A stretch of 62,889 nucleotides of DNA, taken from Lama guanicoe (lineage: Eukaryota). A model generated the notes under the pieces. That model was given only the letters and a program-made list of their open reading frames with translations. It ran no database searches and had not been told where the DNA came from. Location: the NCBI GenBank assembly GCA_013239625.1, contig MU053783.1, positions 1 to 62,889 of the forward strand, read 5' to 3'. Below are positions 26,981 to 40,710 of this stretch, piece after piece; within the stretch, counting starts at the first letter, position 1; the number at the start of each line of letters is the position of its first letter. Made by a program: the position numbers and the translations under genes.

Positions 26981-29900
26981 GTCTATGGTTTCAGTATTGT
27001 CTTTTGAATTATTCAAGCCATGCAAAGTATCTGTTAGGCCAGTTCTTCACCATTGTGCTGGCTGATGAACCCAATTAAGATACCAGATTTATTCTACCTT
27101 TGACTCTCATTTGAAACATATTTACCTTATACACACGTATATGCATGAGCACGCACACACACACACACACCCTTCCATCTTACTTCCCAACATGTTTATA
27201 TAAAAAACACACAGTCTTACTGTTTAATGTTGAAAGAAAAATATCCATAAACTTCAAAGGAGATCTTAGAGTATCTAGGCAGCTAGAGCTTTCACTCCTG
27301 TTTATTTTGAAAAAAAGCTATTATTGTCAAGACCAACTTTTATTCAGTAAATTTATCTTCTAAAATAGCTATAAATACTAGCAAATCATATGGGAAATTG
27401 AGTTTGTTAAGAAAGCTACAGTAGAAAAAGTGAGAAACGAGGCTTTGTAAAAAGTATATATGTATTGTGGTTCCTTGTGGAAGTACCTGTGGAGAGCCAT
27501 CGTGGCTCAGAGAATCAGTGCACCCCCTCCTCAGGAGCATGACAGTCTGCATTCCAGCCCAATTCTACCACCTATGATGTGTGTGATGACATTGGCCAAG
27601 TTAACGAACTTCTCTGAGTCTGAGATTTCTTATCCATACAAAACGATATTAGTTCTGACTCTTAAAATCATTAGAAACTTTAAATGAGATAATATACGCA
27701 AATATCTTCATATCGAGTAGACTTTAAGTATAGTCATTCCTTGCATTTCTATTTAAGGCAAATATTTTGAAACATCTGAAGATTAATTGAAGTGATGTTC
27801 GTTCCAGAAATATCCAATCAGTCAGACATTTCTGTGAAATAAAAGTTCAGTGTGACTTTGCAAGTAGGCTCTATAAAATCAGAATATCTCCAGACAGGCA
27901 AATGATTCTGAGGGTGAGAAAAAAGCTGCTTTTTCAGAAAATCCTTTTTGGTTGGTTCCTGCATTATGATTTGGCAAAATGCCACCTACAACAGATGGAC
28001 ATGAATGCAGACAACCAAAGAGGCTTTGCTTGCTCTGCAAGTCTTAGCATATGGCAAGGATTCTCTCTTCAGGCTGTCAAAACAGCTGTTGTCCATTCTC
28101 CCCACATGCAGTTACAAAGCTCTGCCAAGAGCATCCCAGCTTGGAGAAGAACCTGCCATTAGGAGGGTCTCCTGGATTAGAAGCCGTACCTGTTGCCTCT
28201 TGAGCCCTTTTCAAATTTTTCTTTACACTCTTTGGGAATGAAGGGATATTTAATCATACAGGTACATCTATCCTTTCATTAATACTAACTACTATGAATA
28301 AACAACAAGTATAGCACAGGGAACTCTATTCAATAGCAGCAACCTGAAAAAGAATATGAAAACAAATATATGTGTATGCATGACTAAACTATATGCGATA
28401 CACCAGAAATTGACACATCATTATAAACTGACTATACTTCAATTAAAAAAAAGGAAAAGAAATAACATTGAGGAGGCAAGTCTTGGTAGAAAAAAAAAAG
28501 TGGACAGAGAGGCATTCAAATCACAACCAACAATTTATTTGCAGTTCAATAAAGTTGTTTAACATCTTTGATCTGCAGTTGTCTCCTTTTCAAGTGGAAA
28601 TAAACAATACTTGATGGAAGGGTAGTGATGATTTGGAATACTGATGCAGAGGAAAGTCATGGTGGTCACAGAGCAACAGTAGTGGTTACAGTTGCAATAG
28701 CTAACATTTGCTGACTGTTTATTATATGTGAGATATGGTTCTAAATGTCTTACAAATGTTCGTCATCCTTTTGGCCCCCTTACAAACAGATGAATTGATA
28801 AAGAAATAGATGAAGAAACTTAGACAGAAGGAGTTTAATAACATGTTCAAGACTATAAAGCTAGAAAAGAATAGAACGGGGATTGAAACCCAGGCAGGCT
28901 GGCTCCACAGGCTGCACACTTACACACTTACACACTGCAGGTGTAAAGGGAATGGTAACTATTCTTACGGGAAGGGAAAAGATTCACAGGAAATTGAATA
29001 TGTTAATGAAATCTCCATTGGTGAAAAGCAAATGACAGCTATAGAGTCTGTGAATGATTTCTAACTGGTACTTCTTGCTTAGGCAGGAAAATCCACTAAG
29101 AGAAGAATAATTCAAAGTCACTCCTTTTTATGAGAAGCCAGAATTAGTGCTACAAAAGTCAGAACCTTAACAGGCATATTACAAAGAAGTAGTGTAATTT
29201 AAGCAATTGAGCAAATCCCCAAAGAGTTGTTTTTATATTTTAATTGCTCACAGGATAAATTTAGTTAATGGGTTTTATATTTTTAAATGTACATTTGATA
29301 TTAATGCTACTCTGTATTTATATGTAATTTTACATACAGCACATTAAACACAGCCTGATCAGATGAAACTGATTTTATTTAATCTGGTAAAAATTAACCA
29401 CTTGTTGAAACCAGATTGATCTCACATGTATATGTGAAATGCTTTTTTAACCATGTAGATTTCTTTCTTTCTTTTTTTTTTTTCTTTTATCAGGGACCAT
29501 AGACCTAAGGGCAGAAATATCAATTGAGAGCTAAAACAAAGTTAAAAGCAGATATATTTAGACATTTTTAAGCCTACAGAAATAAAATCTTCACTGTGCT
29601 ACTTTGAATATTTAGATAATGCAATGCATCCTTTATGTTATAAATGCAACAAGTCTTAAAATACATACTTTGGTGCATATAAGCCCTGTTATGAGAATGT
29701 TAGGTAACTGGAGATAGATTGAGATAGAAACCCATACAAGTAGGCAAAGGGACCTTAAGAGATAAAGGGAACAGATGAAAGAAAGAAGATAAAGATGCAA
29801 CACAGAAGAAAAAGACCTCAACCTCTCCAATTTCTGTTCTCTCTTTGTTCAGTTCAGATCTGCTTGAGTTCTCCCTCCCTCTGCCTCTGTCCAGAAAGTA

Positions 29901-30054
29901 CATCTAAGCAGAGACCTAAGGCAATTGTAGGGTCACCTTCTATGAAACAAGACCTCACTCAGAGGTCTCAGTTCTGCCTTGCCTCTCTCATAGTGTCTGC
30001 ATGTTGCTGGATCATACACTTTACATAGGTTCGTAGCTATTTATGCTGAAAGGT

Positions 30055-30470
30055 GTGATAAGCCAAAGATGTCTGTGTCCTAACTCTGAGGACTTTGACT
30101 GTATTACCTCAAGTGACAAAAGGAAAATTGCACATGTGAATAAATGAATGATCTGGAGATAGGGAGATTATCCTGCATTATCTGTGGGCCCAGTTCAGGA
30201 TCTTCATGAGAAAACAAAGGAAGGTCAGATTCAGAGAGACAGAAATGTGACAAAGGATGCAGAGGCCATGAGCCAAGGAGTATGGGCTACCACTAGGAGA
30301 TCAAAGAAGGCAAGGGGACAGATTCCTGTGCAGAGCCTTCAGAATACGTGTGGGCTTACTGACCCATTTTGGACTTCTCACCCTCAGGATGATAAAATAA
30401 TACATTTGTGTTATTTTAAGTCACCTAAGTTTGTGGTAATTTATTATAGAAGCAAGAGGAAATTCATTAA
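30055..30470 (+). mobile_element. MLT1-like MaLR LTR
   Basis: ggagatagggagattatcctg...gagccaagga...tgttattttaagtcacctaagtttgtggtaatttatta. Confidence 0.7.
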
Positions 30471-30534
30471 GAAGGGCTAATGCATGATCAATTCTCCATC
30501 ACTACAAAATGTGGAAATCTCTGCTGATAGAATT

Positions 30535-30860
30535 GTATTTGTATTGAAGTACAGTCAGCTACAATGTGTCCATTTCTGGTGTACAGTGCAATGTTGCAGT
30601 CATGCATATACACACATATATTCATTTTCATATTATGTTTCATTAAAGATCATTACAGGTTATTGAATATAGCTCCTTGTGCTATACAGAATAAATTTTT
30701 AAACCTATTTTTATATATAAGTGGCTAAAATTTGCAAATCTCAGACTCCCAAATTCGCCCCTTCCCACTCCTTTTCCTCCCATAACCATAGGATTGTTTA
30801 CTATGTCTGCAAGTCTATTTCTATTTTGTAGATGAGTTCATTAGTGTCCTCTTTTTATAT
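30535..30860 (-). mobile_element. Short L1 3' end
   Basis: ttgaagtacagtc...tctggtgtacag...ttgaatatagctccttgtgctatacag is the reverse complement of an L1 3'UTR. Confidence 0.75.
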
Positions 30861-33374
30861 GAAACAATAGATGTCAATTGTTCAATAAATCAGTAACAGT
30901 CTTTCTTCATCTCAATCACAAAAAGAATCCTAGCTCATAAGAAAAAAAATGGATACCTGCCGAAGGAGGTTTTGCAAGTGATACATCCATCCTGGGGAAT
31001 CTCTGATAACACAATAGTAAAATCATTACTGAGACCATCATCTGTTATTTCAAGGACTCAAATATTGGGCTCATTATAGATAAAGTTTCAGAGGATTTGG
31101 TAGAAAAATGTCAGGTGTTGGAGTCTGTTGGCTCTTTCCTGTGTCCTTTGGTATGGGGAAGACAGGTTAGCACTACTGACTGCAGACAGAAAAGAGCAGG
31201 AGAACCAATCTGCTCACTTTTCAGGCTACAGTCAATGATCCCTGACCACCTAGAATCACAGAACTTTGTGTCTGTTAAATTGCACATGCCGAGTTCTCTT
31301 CTACATTCTAAATGGGTGTGCTACCCAGAAACGTAGTTACCAAAAGAGCCAGAGGAATTGGCAAAGCCTGATCTCAGCAGACATCTACCAAGCAACCCCT
31401 GCCAGGCAGAGGCAATAATGCCTGGCTGCGCATTGCACTGAGAGAGCTGGGTGCCGCCTAGGGGCAGAGCGCAGGTTAGCTCTGTGCCAGTATCCCAGTC
31501 AAGGCACAAACAGAGGCTGAGGCACAGAGAAACACTGTTAGGACAAGGCTGCAAGGACACAGGCATGTTCCTGGGGCTGTTACTATTTCAAAGAGTTAGT
31601 GAGGTAAATTGAATCGGGATGAAAGATTATGGTTAAGTAATAATTGGTAATTTGTCATCTGCCAATTGAAACTCATACGTTGAAGTCATCTCACATTTAA
31701 GTTGGGTTTGAGATGGTTGGATTGCCAGCAAACCTCAGACTTGCCAAGACACGTGTATGATTGCTCTCCTGGCCCAAGGCAATCCCCAGACTTTTCTCTG
31801 CTCATTGAAGGAGTGAGGCTGATGAATCCAAAAGCAAGGCTCTGGGACTGCACTACTGATATGGCAGCTAAGAGCCACTTGCGGGTATTAAATTTATTAT
31901 TTTTTAGTTTTAAATATTAAAGAATCCATTCCTCAGTTACACTAGTCACACTTCAAGTACACGTGACTAGCGGCTAACACATCNNNNNNNNNNNNNNNNN
32001 NNNNNNNNNNNNNNNNNNNNNNNNNNNNNNNNNNNNNNNNNNNNNNNNNNNNNNNNNNNNNNNNNNNNNNNNNNNNNNNNNNNNNNNNNNNNNNNNNNNN
32101 NNNNNNNNNNNNNNNNNNNNNNNNNNNNNNNNNNNNNNNNNNNNNNNNNNNNNNNNNNNNNNNNNNNNNNNNNNNNNNNNNNNNNNNNNNNNNNNNNNNN
32201 NNNNNNNNNNNNNNNNNNNNNNNNNNNNNNNNNNNNNNNNNNNNNNNNNNNNNNNNNNNNNNNNNNNNNNNNNNNNNNNNNNNNNNNNNNNNNNNNNNNN
32301 NNNNNNNNNNNNNNNNNNNNNNNNNNNNNNNNNNNNNNNNNNNNNNNNNNNNNNNNNNNNNNNNNNNNNNNNNNNNNNNNNNNNNNNNNNNNNNNNNNNN
32401 NNNNNNNNNNNNNNNNNNNNNNNNNNNGATAAGTAGATCTCAGTGAGCAGCAGTTATGAATGAGCCCAGCTGTTAGAGAAAGGAAATTCAAATGCAATCA
32501 ATATGTAGAAAGATAAAGCTCCTGGAGAAAACAGAGAGAAACTGGAACAAAGAAACACAAAAGGAAAGACAAGACGAGACCACTTACAGTGACTCAATCA
32601 GAGCATAAAATATTTTTCTGGAAATATATAGTTATATGTTTATCATTTAAAAGATAGTTGATAATACAAAGGAGAGAATATCCACCAAGACCTGAGTTAG
32701 TGTCCTGCAAGATAAAGCAGAAAAAATATTTCAAAGAAGGTAGCATGAATTCAAAGTAATGGGAATAATAAGGGGAAAGAATCAGATACCTGAATGCATT
32801 TGATCAAAACCTAACTGATCAAAAAAAAAGGATTGCAGAAGAATAAAAAGAATAAAAAGGAACTGATGGGTAACAGAATATTATTAAACAAGTATAAGAA
32901 GGAAACATCTCTAAGTTGAGGAAAGATATGCATCTACAGTTTTAAAGGATACAATAAATTCTGGGCAGATTTGAAGAGGGGAAAAACCCTACACAGCTGG
33001 GTAAAATTCCTGAATTCCAACATAAAGGAAAATTCTAATAGTTTTGAGAGGAAAAGCACAAAGTATTTATGAAAAAAAGTAATTCTGGTACCAAATTTTA
33101 TAAATCAAAAATATATACTTTTATTTATTTATTCTTATTTTTTACAAAACCTTATTCAGTCACCTTTTTCAAAAATGTTCCATACAGGTCAACTTTCTGG
33201 CTTCTAATGTCTAAGGTTTTGTGTGTTTTTTGCTTTTTTTTTTGGCTATTCCACTTGAGATCCAGTTTGGGTGCTTATATAATTTGAGGTACAAATGATT
33301 TTTCTTATTCCTTTTAAGGTTATATCTCCACTATCTCCTAGCTTTCCTTTTACTTAGAATGCAACTTACAGGAG

Positions 33375-36300
33375 TGATGTCACCAAGATGATGGAGTAGG
33401 ACATCCCAGTCTCTGTCCCCTGACAAAGAAAATCACATAGACAGCTATCCACATACAGCAACAGCTCCAGAAGCACTCTGGAGTCCCCTTAATAAGCTTC
33501 TGCAACACAGTGGAGCAAAAGCAAACAAAAAAACAAACAAACAAAATAAAAATGAGAACAAAACTCTTGTGAATAATTACATAAAGACTGTAGGAAGGAT
33601 AGTTCTTTTTGCATCCTGTCATCCCCAGGCAGGCAGTACTGTGTGACAAGATGGAAATTTTTCTCACTAGGAAAAGGAAAACAGGGTGAGCAAACAGCTT
33701 TCTCAGCCTTCTGGGGCACTGCACCAAGGACCTGCCTCAGCTTCCCACCACCCAGAGACCAGCTAAGATGCCTAGTGACTCACAGGGACAAGGAAGAAAG
33801 ACAGGGACTGTGAGTATCAGGCATGTGGTGGAGTGGTCATGGTTCCCAGTGGCCTGCTCAGCAGAAGACCACAGCATCCTTTGCTGCTGAGGATCTTGGT
33901 AGCCTGTGTGGGTGGTGTGGACTCCCACAGCTTACACAGTGGGGACCCTGTTGTGGAACCCAGTGTACTGTTCTGCAGAGGGCCCAAGCAGCCTTTGCCA
34001 CTGAGGAAACCAATGGCCAGCACAGCTGCTCCAGATACCCTGAACATTTCTCCACTGCGGGCCCCACAGGTTTCTGTGTTCACAGACTCCACCTGTTTGA
34101 GTCCATCCCCACCCTGCCAGCCAGAGCTACTCCAGACAGCAGTGCCATGAATGTCCTGGGCCCTGGAGTTCATGTCTGAAGATATTCCTGGCCTCTGTGG
34201 CTACACAAGTGCACAATGCTAGCTCAGGCCTCTGTGGGGAACCCCCACTGCCATGCATGCATGCACCTGCAGCTAGCCCTGCAGTCACAGGTGTGCACAC
34301 CAATAGCCCAGGCCCCTGAAGCTGCTCAAGCACCCAGGGCCAGCCCCGGCTTCTGTCATTGGCTTTCACCATATGGCACACCTGCATGTCAACAGCCCAG
34401 ACCCTCGTCACCAGCCTCCCACTGCTAGGCACATGCTTGTGAGTAGCCCCTGCAGGCACATGAGTGCATGCTGACAGCCAACTCACCGACAGCCGCTCAT
34501 GTACCAGGAGATGGTCCCAGTCACTTTCTAGACCTACACCAGCATGCATGCCTCCAGATAGCACCTGCTGCTGCACAAGTGCACACCAATGGCTTGGGTC
34601 TCCACAGCTGCTCATGCACCTACAGTTAGCCTGACCTCCATAACTGGTCCTGACACTCACTACAACACATGCTCATGCAACTGGTCCTTGCTGCCATGTG
34701 GGAACCCACAGCCAGACTCCACAGTCAAGTGTATGCACACCACCAGTTCCAGCCACCACTGCCACCTGCCGTGTTCCCTGGCCACTGAGACTGGAGGTGA
34801 CACCAAGGGCTTCAAAAGCCCTCACCATGGACCTGCTGCATCTCTCACCACTAAGGACCATGCAGTTACTGATGTCATGGGCCCCAGCTGTCTTAGCCAA
34901 CAAGGCACTATGCCATCTCAGACCTAGAGCCGACATTTGCCCCTATGCATGGCATACCACACGATGAAGTCCAGGACAACAGTACACTCCAGCATTCACC
35001 CACTCACAGGTAAGTATCTTTGCCTATCAAAGTCAGTCCATAAAACCTGGAAGAGGCGACTGCTTCTTCAAATATACAGACAACTGCACAAGGCAATGGA
35101 GGCCACAAAGAATCAGGCAAACATGATAACACCAAAGGAACACAGTAAGCTTCCAGGAACTGACCCCAAAGAAATGGAGATCTATGCATTGCCTGACAAA
35201 TAATTCAAAATAACTGGCTAAAAGAAGCTCAAAGAGCTCCAAGAGAACACAGATAAATAATCTAACAAAATCAGGAAAACCGTACAAGAACAAAAAAGTT
35301 CAACAAAGAAATAGAAAACATAAAAAAGAACCAAAGAAATTTTGGAGCTGAAAATCATGAGTAATTTAAAAAAGGCAATAAAATACTTCAGCAGAAGACT
35401 CAATCAAGCAGAAGAAAGAATCACTGAACTCAATAATAAGTCATTTGTAATTATCCAGTCATAGGAAAAAAAAACGTGAAAAGAAATAAGAAAGACTATG
35501 GGTCTTAAAGGACTTCATCAAATGAAATCATATTTGCATTATGGGAGTCCCAGAAAGAGAAGAGAGAAAGACAGAAAGTTGATTTCAAGCCACACTGGCT
35601 GAAAACTTTCCTAATTCAGGGAAAGATATGAACACCCAGGTACATGAAGTTCAAAAGTCCCCAGTCAGCTTCAACCCAAAGGAGATTTTACTGAGACATA
35701 TTTCGATAACTTTGATTCAAAAATCAAAGACAATGAGAGAATCTTGAAAGCAGCAAGAGAAAAAAAAAAGGCTCATCACATACAAAGGAATCCCTCCCCC
35801 TACCCAAGGATATCTGTAGATTTCTCAGCAGAAACCTTGCAGATCAGGGAAGAGTGGGATGATATATTCAAAGCACTGAAAGAAAAAAAATGTCAACCAA
35901 GAATACCTTCAACAACAAAGCTATCCCTTTAAATTGAAGGAGAGAGAAACACATTTCCAGACAAGCCAAAGCTGAAGGACTTCATCATCACTACACCTGC
36001 CTTATAAGAAATGCTAAAGGGAGTTCTTTAAGCTAAAAAAAAAAAAAAGGTTGCTAACTAGTAACTGAAATCATATGAAAATATAAAACTCATTGCTAAG
36101 GTAAATATATAGTCACATTCAGAAGACCCTAAGATTGTAACAATGGTGTGTAAGTCACTTACAATTGTAGTACATAGATTAAACAATAAAAGAATTTAAA
36201 ATAACTATAGCAAGAGAAATTTGTTAATGGATGCACAATGTAAAAATATATAAATTGTGATATCAAAAACATAAATATTGGGTGGGTAAAGATATAGAGC

Positions 36301-36570
36301 TTTTGTATGCAAACAAAGTTAAATTGTTATCAGCTTAAACTAGACTATTAGAAGTATGACATATTTTATGCAAGCGTCATGTAAACACAATGCAAAACCC
36401 TATAGCAGATACAGTATATACTATGGTGTATTTCCTCTGAGAAAGGAATCAAAGCATACCATTATAGAAGACCAACAAATTATAAAACAAGACAGCAAGA
36501 GAGGAGAAAGGATCAAAAAGCTACAAAACACTTGGAAAACAATGAACAAAATGTCAATGAGTTCCTACCT
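33375..36570 (+). mobile_element. L1 5' portion (5'UTR, degenerate ORF1, inter-ORF), truncated at the ORF2 start
   Basis: caagatgatggagtagga start and a GC-richer 5'UTR. ORF1-like peptides (TDPKEMEIYALPDK; LKAAREK...ISVDFSAETLQIREEWDDIFKALKEKKCQPRI). Homology ends at aacaatgaacaaaatgtcaatgagttcctacct. Confidence 0.85.
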
Positions 36571-37009
36571 TCTGCAAAGCCTGAAATCAGTTTCCTTCCC
36601 CATCTTCTTTGTCCACAGTTGTCACGATGTTTCTTAAAACTTGCTTTAATCTCTGTTTCCAGCCCAAAGTCATACTAAATCAGGATACTGTGGGAGAGTG
36701 GCCCATGTGACCAAGATGTTCAGCATGCTTTCCTTTAATTATGGAAATGTTGAAAGAATGAACTCAGTGATTTATGTTTTCAAATGTCCCCTCTGTGACC
36801 AATGGTAACACTTCGTAGTTCTTTCATTAACATTCTATGGATTATAGCTCCGTGGTGTTCACCAAGTTCTATGACAATTGCCCAGAAACTGCCTCCTACT
36901 TTGAGTATTTGTAGATCCTTTGAGGAAAGTTAGTCCTTCTTTCCTATATATGTTTGAGTTTGGATTTTTCTCTACCCTTATTTATCCATTAATCCATTCT
37001 TATTTACTT

Positions 37010-37099
37010 TTCTTTTAATCAAACATGGTCATTTTACAATGTTGTGTTAATTTCTGGTGTACAGTATAGTGATTCAGTTACACACACACAAACACACAT

Positions 37100-37135
<36 letters not shown>

Positions 37136-37378
37136 GCATTCCTTTTCATATTCTTTTTCATTATGAGGTATTGAATGTAGTTTCCTATGTTATACAGAAG
37201 GATCTTGTTGTTTATTTATTTTATATATAGTAATTTGTATCTGCAAATCCCAAACTCCTAATTTATTCCTTCAACCCTATCTTTCCCCATATTAATCATA
37301 AATTTGTTTTCTATGTCTGTGAACCTGCTTTGATTTTGTAAATAAATTCATTTGTGTCATTGTTTTAGATTCCACATT
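37010..37378 (-). mobile_element. Short L1 3' end with an internal (CA)n(TA)n microsatellite
   Basis: tttacaatgttgtgttaatttctggtgtacag...ttttagattccacat; microsatellite at 37079-37135. Confidence 0.8.
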
Positions 37379-39600
37379 CTCCCTTACTTTTTATCTTTCA
37401 GGAATTTTCAAAATATATGCACCATTGATCATGTCTTTTCTCATTTTCTACTGCTATTACATCTTATCCTTTTAAATTTCTTTTTTGTATCATATAATTT
37501 TGCAGGGAAGAAACATAGTTGTAGATGTTTAATTTGGAATCATTTAATTTTTAGTGCTTCTTTTGGAATGAAAATATGCCTCAAAGCTATTTTCATTTTG
37601 AAAAGGGAAATGGGGAAAAGTTGTGCGCTTGGTGGTGTTCCCAGATTTGCAACATAGTGGCTTCTCTCTCAAATGCTCTTCATGGCAAAGATGACACGGG
37701 CACCTATCAGTAAAATTTGCTTGGTGGCTAGGTAAAGCAACAGATAATAAAAAGTGCCCTCCAGCTTGGAGCTCTCCTCATGCACAAAGCATCCAAAGGA
37801 CTCTGTGCTGAGGAGAATCCTCTTGGTCCATGGCTCTTCCTCTGTGGCTCAGCTCTCTGTCTCCTTGGTTACTCTCTGATTCTGGCATCTAATCCTCCAT
37901 CTGAACTGGGAGAATAAGAGTGTCAGAAGCAGAGTGAATACACCCATTCTCTTTTTAATCAAAAATTATTAAGAAGTAAGAGAAACAAAGAAAAATAGGG
38001 AAAAGTCACTGATATTTATATTAAAAACATAAGAATGGCCCCAGACATATGAAAATATATTCAAACTCACTCATATTCAGAGAAATTCAAATTTTTAAAA
38101 AAACATAAATTCTCACATATCAGACTAGGAAAACGTTTTTAAAATATATAACAATATGTTCTGTGGGTGAAAATGTTGGAAAACATGCACCCTTAAGTGG
38201 GAAATGCATCACCCTTTTGTAGGAAACTCATCAGTAACTAATAAAATTACATAAGCCCCAACGTTTGATTCAGCAGCCTCACATTTAGGAATCTACCTTC
38301 AAACTAAACCTCCAACACTATAAAAACACACATGCTCTAGGTTATGTATCAAAGCATTGCTTGTAAATGTAAAACACTGGATATAATCTAAATGTGTGTG
38401 TATGAATAAGATACACCCGCACAGTGTGAGCTATACAGCTGTGAAAAAATAATAAGAAAGATCTCTATGAATTGATATGGGGTAATTTATAGGACATTCT
38501 GTTAAATGAAAAAACAAAGCATAAAAAATTATTATAGCATGTTATTTTTGTGTAAGAAAAGAAGGGGCATAAAATGATACCCCCAAGTACCTGTTTACTT
38601 TGAAAAAACAAATACAGGAAGGATATAGCCAGAAACTACAGAGACTATTTATCAGTAGGGGTAGGTAGGAAAGGAGAACTGGGGAGTGGATATAAATATA
38701 TATACATATATTTTTCCACATTAAAAAAAAAGGTTATTTCTGAAAGTCTTAGCAGCAAGAAGAGTAACAAAAGGAGAGATGGACCAACAAAACAGAAGGA
38801 GGTTGTGTCCTGTAGGACTTGACTTCATTCTTCAATCAAGTTCTTTATAAGAGTGAGCAAACATGACTGTTCACACAGTGGCTCAGTGAGTCTCTGTCTC
38901 ATGGGGTTCCTCCTGGTCCAGCCTGCAGCCTCCACTGAAGCCAATCCAGGATGGCCACAAGGTGTGCCTCCTTTCTCCAGCCAGTCATGTGCATTTTGTA
39001 TAGCTGTGACTTGGAACAACAGTCATGTTTCATAGACCGTTCATATATCTTAAAATATAAATAATCTAAACCAACTGGGATGTGGAGATTATAATCTCTC
39101 TCCCCAAACTAAGAAGGAATTGGGCCAAGCAAATCTTTTGTCAATAAAGAATGAAAAGTTAAGTAAACATTAAGCAAATAATTGGTCCTATTTAAAAAGT
39201 CAATAGCTTTTAAGAATAAAATTAATTCATGGGTTTTTGAAGAAGTTTTAAAAGTCTGTTTCTAAATCCTGCATGCCACAAGAGACTGGAATAAAACTTA
39301 CACAACATCTTTTTTTCCCTTTTGAAGGAATATTTAATTCAACAAAGGAAAAACAACATGGATTCTCTAAAATAAGTAGGAAACATGGAATGGTCATACA
39401 ATAGAGAGATATGGAAGGTTTACAGATTATTTTAAAAAAGCAAAAAAAAAAAGTGCCATATTAGAACTCCAAATGACATTCTAAAGCACTACATGTAAAT
39501 CACATCAATATTTGAAATATAAAAAAGAAAAAACTGCAACCTGATGAGAGAGTTAAATTTACAGATTGAAAGACTCGGTGTAAAAGGTAATGTTACCAGA

Positions 39601-40710
39601 ACTAAAACAAGAAGACAATCTACGGAATGGGAGAAAATTTTTGCAAATGAAACCGACAAAGGTTTGATCTCCAGAATATATAAGCAGCTCATACGACTCA
39701 ATAATAAAAAAAATAAACAACCCAATTCAAAAATGGGCAGAAGACCTAAACAAGCAATTCTCCAAGGAAGACATACAAATGATCAAAAAGCACAAGAAAA
39801 AATGCTCAATATCACTAATTATCAGAGAAACGCAAATCAAAACTACAATGAGTTATCATCTCACACGAGTCAGAATGGCTGTCATTCAAAAATCCACAAA
39901 TGACAAATGCTGGAGAGGCTGTGGAGAAAGGGGAACCCTCCTACTCTGCTGGTGGGAATGCAGTTTGGTGCAGCCACTGTGGAAAACAGTGTGGAGATTC
40001 CTCAAAAGACTAGGAATAGACTTAACATATGTCCCAGGAATCCCGCTCCTGGGCACATATCCAGAAATAATCCTACTTCAAAATGACACCTGCACCCCAA
40101 TGTTCATAGCAGCATTATTTACAATAGCCAAGACACGGAAACAGCCCCAAAGTCCATGAACAGATGACTGGATAAAGAAGAGGTGGTATATTTATACAAT
40201 GGAATACTATTCAGCAATAAGAAACAACAACATAATGCCATTTGCAGCAATATGGATGTTCCTGGAGAATGTCATTCTACGTGAAGTAAGCCAGAAAGAG
40301 AAAGAAAAATACCATATGAGATCGTTCATACGTGGAATCTAAAAAANNNNNNNNNNNNNNNNNNNNNNNNNNNNNNNNNNNNNNNNNNNNNNNNNNNNNN
40401 NNNNNNNNNNNNNNNNNNNNNNNNNNNNNNNNNNNGAGAATACAGTGGTTACCAGGGGGGTGGAGGGTGGGAAGGGATAGACTGGGATTTTAAAAGTGTA
40501 GAATAGATAAACAAGATTACACTGTATAGCACAGGGAAATATACACAAAATGTTATGTTAACTCACAGAGAAAAAAAGGTGACAATGAGTGTGTATATGT
40601 CCATGAATGACTGAAAAATTGTGCTGAACACTGGAATTTGACACAACATTGTAAAGTGGCTATAAATCAATAAAAAATGGTAAAAAAATCTATGTTTACA
40701 AAAAAAAGCA
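39601..40710 (+). mobile_element. 5'-truncated camelid-type L1 (contains a gap)
   Basis: ORFs 39544-39903 and 39779-40159 match the L1 ORF2 C-terminus (EWEKIFAN...[19 protein letters not shown]). The 3'UTR resembles the 20245 and 52571 copies. Confidence 0.95.

Noticed and set aside
31967..32497. ORFs spanning N runs (also 40339-40548 and 58613-58987)
   Set aside because: Artefacts of assembly gaps.
33380..35030. Cluster of overlapping 70-177 aa ORFs
   Set aside because: They lie in the GC-richer 5'UTR of an old L1.
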